Of a DNA stretch of 64,000 nucleotides, positions 1 to 11,226 are shown in pieces. Positions within the stretch are counted from its first letter, which is position 1. Every line of letters begins with the position of its first letter. The DNA is taken from assembly GCF_006345805.1 (NCBI RefSeq), contig NC_043007.1, positions 31,868,001 through 31,932,000 of the forward strand, read 5' to 3'. The translations under genes were made by a program, and so were the position numbers. This DNA comes from Octopus sinensis (Eukaryota). Below the pieces are notes generated by a model. It did not search any database and had not been told where the DNA came from. It saw nothing but the letters and a program-made list of their open reading frames with translations.

Positions 1-88
1 GGATCCTGCTTTGATGGAAACTCTCAAGAAATATGATACAGAAGGGAATTTCACAATCACCCCTGAAGACTTCATAGCAGCTGTTAAG
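1..88 (+). CDS. EF-hand gene exon (5'-truncated by window edge)
   Basis: Frame from nt 2: DPALMETLKKYDTEGNFTITPEDFIAAVK; donor GTAGGA at 89. Confidence 0.7.
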
Positions 89-3000
89 GTAGGAATAGCT
101 TTTTTTTAAGTATATTTTTGGGGAAATTCAATTCTATCATTTTCTAATTTTCTTCAATGATTTCCATCATAGGTATCTTGAAGAAGCATAAACCTCTTCC
201 ATGGTGGCATTTATTTGACACATCTTCAGGCACCTTTCAATGTGATATCTGGCAATCTAAGCAATCTCGACTATATAGAGCAGTAGTTGTCAGTATCTTT
301 CTGTACCAGGGTTGAGATCCCTGAACTTTTATACAGTTCTTCCGCCCTGAAAGACTATTGACTGCGATGTCACAGTTCATATGCTTTTTAACAGAAGGCC
401 GGTGACCACTTGACACAAGGGGGAATGGTTTTCCCCATCCCCAACTGGAGTCCACCAGATGAGTAACTGTACATAGTTTGGCCGGCGAGACGCTGCCGTT
501 GCCCGGGGTGTGGCCGCTGCTGTGCTCGGCAGCTACTAGGAGCCATATGTATGAGCTGAGGCTGATGTGGGGGACCAAGGTAGTCAGACCACCCGTGGAG
601 GGCAAGGCGTCTCTCTTCCTACAAAGGTGCACACAAATTATAACAGCTCAAATACATGACTGGCACACTATATCATTATCATCGTTTAACGTCCGCTTTC
701 CATGCTAGCATGGGTTGGACGATTTTGACTGAGGGCTGGTGAACCAGATGGCTGCACCAGGCTCCAATATTGATCTGGTAAAATTTGGAACTGAAAAATT
801 AAAGCCCCTTAGCTTATGAAAAAAATATTATTATTATTGACGAGCTGGCAGAATCGTTAGCATAATACTTAGTGGCATTTCGTCCATCTTCACATTCTGA
901 GTTCAAATTCTGCCCAGGTCGACTTTGCCTTTCATCCTTTCAGGGTCAATGAAATAAATACCAGTTATGCAGAGGGAAGGGAAGTGGTTGATATAATTGA
1001 CTTGTCCCTTCCCCACAAATTTCAAGCCTCATGTCTATAGTAAAAAGGATGATTATTATTAACCCATGCTAGCATGGAAAGCGGATGCTAAACGATGATG
1101 ATGATTAAGACTGCAAGCTGGCAGAATCGTTAGCACGCTGGATGAAATGCTTAGCAGTAGTTCACCTGTTGCTACATTCTGAGTTCAAATTCTACCGAAG
1201 TCGACTTTGCCTTTCATCTTTTGGGGTCAACAAAATAAGTACCAGTTATGCATTGGGGTTGACATAATCAACTATCCCCTCCCCCAAATTCAGGCCTTGT
1301 GCCCATAGTAGAAAGGATTATTATTAGTATTATTATAGTATTATCATTTCCCCAAAAACTGCAGCTTTTAATTTTGCTAGTACCACACCCAAGACACTAA
1401 TGTCTGTTAAGTCCTTCTAGGCCTTCTTTTAACGGTTGTTGGAACTTAAAGGGTAAAAGACAGCATGTTTCCTTTTTCTGCTGGAATATAGAGATGATAC
1501 TGCAAGTAAGACTCTTGAAACACTCAGGCAATCATACCTATCATAATCTTACCACACACACACATTTTTGGGGAGTATTTCAAAATAACTGAATTATCAT
1601 TAGTTCAATAATTCCCTTTACGAATTAAATGTTTGAAATTTAGGTCTATGTTTACAAACCCTATCCTGACAGAAAGCCTTCTTTTTTAATGTTTGTGGCA
1701 GGAATGTGCTCTTGAAATAGACACGAAGGATTTAATGCAAACTTTAAAAGCAATAGCAAAGAAAGGATCAGGTAAAATATATTTTGGGTAAGTAAACCTC
1801 TTTTATTCGTTCATGATGTCAGAGGAGAGAAATGGGTCTGCATGGATGATGGTTCTCTTGCATTAAATGAGGCTGCAAAGAGAGAGGTTTGGAGACGCCA
1901 CTATGAAAGGTTGCTCAATAGAGAAAATAAATGGGAGAAAGAGAGTCTGCCAGATATTGACCAGCTATCCGAATTGACAGTACCTTGGTAGATAGAGCAA
2001 TTAAGGATATGAAGACAGGGAGAGCCTCTGGCCCATCAGGAATCACCACAGAGATGCTCAAAATATCTGGCAGTGTCGGCTATAGCCTAGTCACCTGTAT
2101 AGTTAACCAGGTGATACATGACGGAGTCATACCCAATGACTGGTGTAGCAGCACCATAGTCAACTGCTACAAAGGTAAAGGTGATGCATTAGATATGAAT
2201 AATTACAGAAGTATCAAATTAGTGGATCAGGTAATGAAAATCATGGAGAGGGTCATAGCCCAACTAATTAGGGAGAGAGTCAGTTTAGGTGAGATGCAGT
2301 TTGGGTTCATGCCAGGGAAAAGCACCACTGATGCTATATTTCTGGTAAGACATCTGCAGGAGAACTACCTCGCCAAAGATAAACCTCTCTACCTGGCTTT
2401 CGTTGACATGGAGAAAGCCTTTGACAGGGTCCCCCGATCCCTTATCTGGTGGTCGATGAGGAGACTAGGGATAGATGAATGGTTAGTGAGAGCTGTGCAA
2501 GCCATGTACAGGGATGCTGTCAGTAAGGTGAGGGTTGGCAAAACTCTGTATTGATACCAAGGTTGTTTTGCTTACAAATGGGGTGGGGCAATCTGCTACT
2601 AAAAAGGTTGGGAAGTATTGAAAAGTGATAACTGATGAGTCTATTTAGCTATATACACACACATATACACAATAGGCTTCTTCTATTTCTGTCTAACAAT
2701 TTCACCCACAGTGTATTAATTAACCAGTGCTTAGAGAATCAAACATTAGCCGACAGCATTCGCGGAGTGGGATTGAACTGCTTTCTTAACCTTGTACACA
2801 GCCATGCCTGCACCCAATCTAATAAACAAAAGTTTACTCTTTTACTTGTTTCAGTCATTTGACTGTGGTCATGCTGGAGCACCGCCTTTAGTCAAGCAAA
2901 TCGACCCCAGGACTTATTCTTTGTAAGCCCAGTACTTATTCTATCGGTCTCATTTGCCGAATCGCTAAGTTACAGGGACGTAAACACACTAGCCTCGGTT

Positions 3001-3299
3001 GGCGGGGAACTATATAAAATCCACTCACAAGGCTTTGGTCGGCTCGAGGCTATAGTAGAAGATACTTGCCCAAAGTGCCACGCAGTGGGACTGAACCCAG
3101 AACTATGTGGTTGGTAAGCAAGCTACTTACCACACACCCACTCCTACGTGTATATAGTTTTTTTAGTTTATAAATTAGAATGGTTCTATCAGTTTATTTG
3201 AAACTTGAAATTAATGTCTAAATAAAAAAGTGTGAAATTTGAATATAACCTAATTTCTTGTTTTTCAGGGACCTGGCAACAGAGGCCCACAAGGACTAA
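1..3299 (+). CDS. EF-hand-pair protein, 3' end of a spliced gene; exons <1-88, 1702-1787, 3269-3299
   Basis: Spliced translation DPALMETLKKYDTEGNFTITPEDFIAAVK|ECALEIDTKDLMQTLKAIAKKGSGKIYF|GDLATEAHKD*. Two helix-loop-helix motifs with EF-hand-like loops (DTEGNFTITPED, AKKGSGKIYFGD). GT-AG sites and phases 0 and 2 are compatible. Confidence 0.7.
1702..1787 (+). CDS. EF-hand gene exon
   Basis: Acceptor ...GTGGCAG; ECALEIDTKDLMQTLKAIAKKGSGKIYF+GG; donor GTAAGT at 1788. Confidence 0.75.
1810..2553 (+). mobile_element. RTE-clade LINE reverse-transcriptase fragment
   Basis: ORF 1985-2554 with RT motifs (KGKGDALD-NNYR, QFGFMPGKSTTDAIF, FVDMEKAFDRV); near-identical peptide at 63723-63986 (-). Confidence 0.92.
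3269..3299 (+). CDS. EF-hand gene terminal coding exon
   Basis: Strong acceptor CCTAATTTCTTGTTTTTCAG; (G)DLATEAHKD then TAA 3297-3299. The frame stays open for 28 further codons to TAA 3384-3386. Confidence 0.65.
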
Positions 3300-5948
3300 A
3301 GAAAGGCTGAAATGGAGACTAGAGTAATGGAGATAGCACAGAAATTTCATCAGAAAATTGGAGTTCCAATCATAAAAACGAGTTAAATTGTGTTTTAATT
3401 CATTCACTAAGTTGTGAATTAATCCTTCCCATAAGTTAACTGAACAACGGAAAAATATATTTAAAAAAATCTTTTGTTTGGTTAACATTCACTTTTCCAT
3501 GCCAGCATGGTTTGGGTGGGAAGGAAATTTGGGACAGGATTTTTATGGCTGGATGTCCTTCCCAACTGTCTGTGAAGTCAACAAGGAATGCAAGCCTTAC
3601 TGTTTCACTCAAATGGTAACAAACAAAATATCAACTATCTCTCTCACACACACACACAGGTGAAGTATCACAAAGGGAACTAGGGGAATAGGATACAGAC
3701 ATTCAGAAAGAGATGGACAAAATGCAAACACACACACACACACACACACAAAAAAAAAAGTTGTGCACAGTGAATTAATTGTACATGGAAAAAAAGTAAA
3801 AGTTGACTAAGAAAGAAACAAGGCCTGTTTAAAGCATGAGTGACCCCTTCGACTACATGCTGTACAGAAATCAATACATGTTTGTGGTTTCCTGAAGTTT
3901 GGGTCCACTAAATTCATGCACAAGATATTGGTTGGCCCTGGGATGGGGTAGGAGATACTTGCCCAAGATGTCAAACAGTGAAACTGAACACTAAACTATA
4001 CGGTTGTAAATTTAAAAACATTTCTATGTCCTCAATTGGGTAACAATTCTAATTTTGTAAATAAAATCAATTTGGTAAGTTATCAAAATTGAACAAATGA
4101 AATGACTTTTTAAAATATATTTCCATGTATAATTAATTACTAGTTGTACTGTGATGTTAATTGCTATAAATTCTCTTCCAGGATCAGCCTTAAGACTGTG
4201 ATAAACAAGGGAGGGATAAGAAGTGGTGAGATCAGATTCTGAATGTGAAGATTCCTAGATAGATTTATAATTAAGCTTTACACAAAAGAGAAAGTACAAT
4301 GATCCCTTGATCTTTTAACAAGATCTCTAAGAATGGTAGGGGACAAAAATGGAGGAGTTAGAAACCACTATTCATATAGCTTCAGATAGGAGACCTGCTT
4401 GGAATGTTTGCAGCAGAGTAAACTCTGCTAGAAGTATGCGAGGAGGGCCAGGTGACTGATTAGATTTACTACCAACAAAAAACTGTCATAGAAGATATTG
4501 GCCCAGGGAGCTATACAGTGGATTCAAACCCAAACAATAATGAAATGAATGTTGTAACCACAAACTGAGAAACAGATCCAGCCAATTCGACCACCCAGTA
4601 CGGCAACCATCAAGGGCCATTGATATCTTACATTTTCAAAATTAAGCCAAGTGGATTGCAGCCAAATGAAATGAAGAACCTTGTCCAAGAACACAATGTA
4701 CCACCTTATGTGGGAATCAAACTCAGTCTTGTGATTGTAAGTCCAACAGCATGGGGGTGGGGAAGATGTTAAAATATTAATGATTTAGGGCATCAAAGGA
4801 GACAGAAGGGATTGGTGAAATCCTCTGGCTTGCTAACACTTCTCATTACTCTAATATGAGACATGATAATGCTGAGTCTTAGAATGATGGGATCTACTTT
4901 TCCACATTTGCAAGAGTCACACGGAGTTTACTGAGACAGATTCTCTACAGCCAGATGCCTTTCCTGTTGCCAACCCTTAAATGTTTCTGTATTATCATAT
5001 AGTAATAATAACCTGTGTCTAATGCTATAAATATCAATCCTATTCAATAAAATTGGTTCCCTTACCTTCAAATTTGTTGCCCTCTATCAACATACTTTAA
5101 CGTTTCATTATCCCATTTCTGTTGAAATGTGCTGCATTTGGTTCAGTTACTGCCTCCTCCTCCTCCTCTTCTGTTCATTCCTTACATGACCTCTACAACA
5201 GTATGTGACCTCTGTAGAGAGTGTATAATTTTCTTGCAGAATAGGCCATACTTATATAGAATTACATCGTTCTCTTTTACTCTTTGTCTCCTGATAGATT
5301 CTGAAAACTTAAAAGATTCCTTGATACCAACGAGAAGCATGAGAAAAAATAAATAAATATATAAATAAAATAAAAATGAACCCACCAAATATAATTTAAA
5401 TTTCTTCCCCTCGCTTCAAAGAAAAAAATAACTGGAATGGAGACATTAAATGTCTATTTTATATCAAAAATTAGTTTACATAAATATATCCAAACCAAGA
5501 AATAAAATCTTTGACAATGATAAAAAGATGGAGAATGTCTGGAGTGACGATGTTAGCCTCACAGAAACCAGAAACCATGATTGTTCGCAGCATCCTAAAC
5601 TGACAAAAGAAATGAGCAGAGAAACATTGCACCATTGGGAAACTTTAGGGTTTTCAGATCCAGTTTTAGTGCAGCCATGACGTTAAAAAGAAACTGGGTT
5701 TTTGCAGAAGGGGTATATTGTTGTTGTCCTAAGGAAGACTAAATAAATACTGCTATTTCGTTCTGGAATATTCCAATAGAAACATTTTTCCACAAAGATA
5801 GCAAAATTGAATAACAATATGAACACAGCCAGTACAAGCCATACATGCCAATCCAGTTTGGCAGAAGAGTGAAGAATGGTTTCTAAATTGATGATGAAGA
5901 AAACTGTCGGCAAACATTTAAATTCTTTTTTTCTTTTTTTGAGGACAA

Positions 5949-6007
5949 TCAAAACCTTTTCTGTTTTTGAAGAATGTTTAAAAATTTTCCTCGCGTCATT
6001 TCTCGTG
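5949..6007 (-). CDS. LIN52: LIN52 exon 6 (terminal coding part)
   Basis: Long polypyrimidine acceptor; AREMTRGKFLNILQKQKRF*. Confidence 0.96.
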
Positions 6008-9000
6008 CTGAAAAGACAAAAAAAAAGAGGAAAAATTGTAGTTCCCAAAGTAAATAAAATATACAAAATTTCAGTTTTGTCGGTTAAAATATGAAAAATT
6101 ATAACTCATTATTTGGATACCAGTGTCACGCAGATGGCACCCATGCCAGTGGCACATAAAAGCACCCATTACATTCTCAGAGTGGTTGGTGTTAGGAAGG
6201 GCATCCAGACACAGCTTTCTAGTGTGCCAGCCCAGTCAAACCATCAAACCCATGCCACCATGGACAATGGAAGTTAAATGATGATGATGATGGACCATAT
6301 TTATGAGTGATGGGGAATCAGGAGACTGTATTAGATGCTAGAATTGCAGATGCTGGAGCAATAATGCACAAGCAGCAGCTTTCGATTTCCAGAAGAGGAG
6401 AGATTGGTCAAAAAGCCAAACTCGTCATCTTCAACTGGGCTTCTCTGCCTCTCCTTAGCTGTGGTCATGAAAGATGGATAATGGCTAAAAGAGTAGAATC
6501 AAAGACACAAACAGTCAAAATGGGGTTCCTCCAAAGAATCTCTGAAGTAACATTATTTGAGAGGATGTGAGGCTCCAGAGATCAGGGAGTTTCTCCAAGT
6601 TAAGCTTCTACTTCTCTGCATTGAGAGGTCACAGTTCTGGTACTATGGACATCTGGTGGTTAGATGTCACCAGAAAGGATTGCAAGACAGATTCTTTAAC
6701 CCTTTCGTTACTGCATTTCTATTGATGCTCTGTGTTTCTCTCAATTATTTTAGATATAACAAAGAATTTAGTAAAATAACTTTGTTATCATTAAGCTAGT
6801 GTTAGGAACATGAATTGTGACTAAGGTTTGGTGGACGATTTTAATTCAAAACTTATGAAAACAAGACATTTGTACTCAGAGCCAGAGCTGGTTTTAGCCA
6901 GGTTGGTAACGAAAGGGTTAAGCTGAGTTGACCAGCAGGAGACCCAGCGTTTAGACCAAGAATGAGATGGTTGGGTAATACCCATAGTCTCAGTTATGCT
7001 TGGGAATACAGCTGGAAAGTATAATGACAGATAAGAAGCTACGGGAGAGGTACATGAGGATTCTACCTCCATGATCCTCCCAAGAATAGGTGGAAAAGAT
7101 GAATGGATGGATGAAGAAGATAAATGGATATTGCAAAATAATTTTACCACAAACAGCAAACTGGCTAAAACAATATATCTCTTACCTTCATCAAGTCCCA
7201 GTTTGAAGGCTAAATTTTGAAGTCCTCTCACTTTTTCCATCAGCTGAGGTGTAGTCAAGCTACCAAACTCTAACATGGGAAAAACAAAATGAATTTTACT
7301 AATAAAAGATTTTAAATTGGTTATTTTCCTTAGAAATAAGACAGAAGCACTTCAATAAAATTTACCAAATAAGATCATTATCCAGTGCAACCTAGGCCAG
7401 CATGGAACATGTGCATTAAATGGGGAGGATGCTCCTTCACAAATGTCAACTCTATGAAATGCATCAGTAGATAATATCACTAAATTCCCAACAAATAAAA
7501 GAAAGAAATAAAAGATGTTATCCAAGGGAAAGGCAAGGGCCGATACAGCTTTGCACCAGTGACGTTGCAACTCATTTCTATAGCTGAGTGAACTGGAGCA
7601 ATGTGAAATAGAGTGTCTTGCTCAAGAACACAACACGTAGCCCAGTCCAGGAATCGAACTCACAACCTCAGTCGTAAGTTCGACGCTCTAACCACTGAGC
7701 CATACACCTTCACAGAGGCAATGTTAAATAACCAAGACCTTTGGCAATATACCATGCTTGTGAAGACCAGTCAAACCAAGTGAAATTGTAGTTGGTGGCT
7801 AATGCTGGTGTCACGTAACTGGCACCCGTGCCGGTGGCATGTAAAAAGCATCCATTACACTCTTGGAGTGGTTGATGTTAAGAAGGGCACAGAGCCATAG
7901 AAACCATCCCAAGTCAGACTGGTGTAGTTCTTCAGCTTACCAGTTTCAATCAAACCGTCTAACCCATGCCAGCATGGAAAGTAGGCAGTAAATGACAAGG
8001 AAGGAAGGAAGAAAGTGATGCATACCTTGAAGAAGTTCTATGTCATCTTGATCGTCTATTTCTTTAGAGAAATTTGAAGCGGAGAAAGGCTGGAATATAA
8101 AATGAATCCATCAGTAAATAGAAGAGAAGAGGAATAAGCTTTCAGGTCATTGTGGTAATGATTGCTTTCCCTAACCATGTTGTCTTGGGCAAATATCTTC
8201 TGCTACGGCCCCTGGACAACCAAAATCTTGTGAGGGGATTTGGGAGACAAAAACTGAAAGAAGCCTATCTTCTGTATGTGTGTGTGTGTGTGTGTATATA
8301 TATATTACTCCTGTTTGTAACAAAAGGACTCCCTCTCAGGATGAAAGGGAGACTGTATGAAGCTTGTGTGCAAACGGCTAAACTCCATGGTAGTGAGAAA
8401 TGGGCTCTGAATGCAGAAGACATGCAAAGACTGGAGAGAAACAGGCCGACCTTCTCCCTGACTGGAATGCTGGTCCATTGCAGGGTGAACCCATTGACAG
8501 CTGAGTGGACTGGGGCAACGTGAAATGAAGTGCTTTGCTCAAGAACACAACACACTGCTCAGTCCAGGAACCAAACCTACATTGCTAGAAATAAGGTACC
8601 ACCTTGCACCCTCAGTCACTATTAGAGACAACTGAATTTTTCCTTTTGGTTTTATATTGCTTAAAGCTGCCTTTGTTATTTTATAATTTTCACATTAGCG
8701 CTTGGTTGAATCATCCACTGATTCATATCATAAATACTTACATACAGACAGTTGGTATTTGACCAAACCATCCAGCAATGAAGTAGTCACCACTGATGAG
8801 CTTTAATTTTAAGCAAGACTAGACTAGTATGGTGATCTCACTTGCTGTGGGGCAGGTGTCTCCCCTGTCAGTGCATAGACATGTGCTTCTTTGCAGTTCT
8901 AAAGGCTTTTAGCTCTTATTTCTAGCAATGTAGGTGTTACCTGCACCATCAGTCACAATTAGTGACTGCATATATATATATATATATATAGGTCAGGCTT

Positions 9001-11193
9001 CCACACAGTTTCCACCAACCAAATTCACTTACAAAACATTGGTTAACCCAGATCTTTGCAGTAGGTCTGAACCCAAAATCATGTCATTACAAAGTCAATC
9101 TACAGTTTGATACCGTTTGCCAAGTTTCACCTGTTTCCAAGAAAGATATTTCCCCCAACCCCTGGCCAGACGGTTACACAGAAAATTGGAAACAAATGAC
9201 ACCATTTGTGTGACACAGAAGTTTGTCAAAACAAGGAGGCACAAACACACATAAAGAACTTGGAAGGTTGGGCCCCCAACCAAGCCTTTTGAGATACCCT
9301 TAAAGCCAGGATCTTTTCAATACCCGTCACATATATCATGTAGTCTTGGATTCAATCTCACTGTGCAGCACCTAGGGGGCCGGCTGAAGCCTAGTGGATT
9401 TCATAGAAGGAAACTGAAAGAAACCTGGAGTGTTGAAATGTTCCTGGCTTTGAGTAAGAGAAAATACAAGAAGGACAGTTAATTATGATTTTATTCAACA
9501 TGTTACCCTCTCGGATACACACACTTATTGCAGTGATCCTTCATTTTTTCTAATCCCTGTAAAAGAACTCAGAAGGTTGGGCCTCCAACTAGGCCTTTCT
9601 CAACACACACATGAGAAGGTGCTGAAAAGTTCCTAGCTTTAAGAGTGTCGAGAAAGACCTGGTTAGAAGCCCAACTTTCCAAGTTCTTTTACAGGGCTTA
9701 GAAAAATTAAAGGACCGCTGTAATAAGTGTGTGTATCCGAGAGGGGAATATGATGAATAAAATCATAATTAACTGATCCTGCTTTATTTTTTTTTACTCA
9801 AAGCCAGGAACTTTTCAGCACCCCTTCAGCTTTCTTTTAGTTTCCTTCTATCAAATCCACTCATAGGGCTTAGGTTGGCCCAGGGTTATAGTGTAAGGCA
9901 TATGCTGAAAGTGCCATACAGCAGGACTGAACCTGAAACCAGATGGCTGAGAAACAAACTTCTTAGCCACACAGCCATGCAATACAATAATGGAACACTA
10001 AAATATGGAACCTATGTTATTTACTGACTCAAAGAGGCAACAGGAGAACAAAGTTTCAAAGGTTAAAACACAAGAGGTACTTACACTTTGGTTGGCAGCA
10101 AACTCTGATACACCTGGTACTAAGGATTATAATGTAAAAGAAAAATTTTAGGTACAACTCCATGAAAAACATTCCAAATTCCTAACATTAAGAATTAATC
10201 TTTTCTACTGGAAGCACAAAGCCTTGGATTTGGCTGGAAGGGGACTAGCCGATTTCACTGGTACTTAATTTATCGACCCCAAAAGGATAAAAGGCCAAGT
10301 TGATCTCGGCAGAATTTGAACTCAGAACGTAGCGGCGAGCGAAATTCCTGGAGTGGTAATAACTCTGCCAGCTCACCACCTTCCTAATATTAAAAATTAA
10401 TAAGACACCCCTAATTGTGCTGTCTTTAAACTTCTACCACTAAATATAATGCCACTGGTATTACTATTATACAAGGGAGCCTCCTCCATACATGTGATCA
10501 TTTGACATGCTATAAATAGCAGTCAAAGCTTCCTCAAATCATACTTTACTGTTTTAATAAAAAGTACACATTAGATAATGTAGCCCAGATATACTATGCC
10601 TGCAAAAAACCATTTTTTGCCTTGTGTGTGTGTGTGTAAGAACATTAATACTCATAAGCAGTTTATATTGTACAGCATTTCAATCTTGGAAGGACGAAAT
10701 GCAAAGCCAATCTCAGCAGGATTTGAACTCAAGATGTGAAGTACCACCATAACCAAACACCACAAGGTATTTCATCATTTGCTCTGACAATTCTCTGCCT
10801 TGAGGCTGACTTGGAGGTTAAACAACAACTGGCTCATTACAGACCAGTTGAGGATGTTTTTTTTATAACCCCCCCCCCCTAGGTTTACTCAATGTAGCAG
10901 ACAAATTTCCTTGCTGCACTCCTCCTCTCCCAACCCTCTTTAAAATACATATTTTAAGATAAAATTTTAAATGATAGAAATGATTTTATTCTCTTAATAG
11001 TGGATGTAGCAGGTAAAGGTAAAGGCGCAGGAGTGGCTGTGTGGTAAGTAGCTTGCTTACCAACCACATGGTTCCGGGTTCAGTTCCACTGCGTGGCACC
11101 TTGGGCAAGTGTCTTCTACTATAACCTCGGGCCAACCAAAGCCTTGTGAGTGGATTTGGTAGACGGAAACTGAAAGGAGCCGTCATATGTATG

Positions 11194-11226
<33 letters not shown>

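Noticed and set aside
174-345. Possible extra exon after a short intron (VSWKKHKPLPWW...)
   Set aside because: It has no good donor and runs into a decayed RT-like peptide (LYRAVVVSIFLY) with stops. Exons 1-88 and 1702-1787 already join into a coherent EF-hand pair.
501-565. Resemblance to the 7SL/Alu-domain 5' end (CAGCTACT..GGAG..GCTGAGGCTG)
   Set aside because: It needs a 12-nt insertion and has no S-domain continuation. It is better explained as the antisense of a LINE 5' region.
540-625. HDV-like ribozyme on the - strand (UCCACG loop)
   Set aside because: P1, P1.1 and P3 could not be formed consistently.
5683-6066. 127-aa - strand ORF with a hydrophobic stretch
   Set aside because: It is an alternative frame over LIN52 exon 6 and its 3' UTR; the conserved REMTRGKFLNIL frame is the real one.
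11024-11100. tRNA genes
   Set aside because: A/B-box heads here and elsewhere continue into multi-copy SINE bodies and do not give complete cloverleaves.
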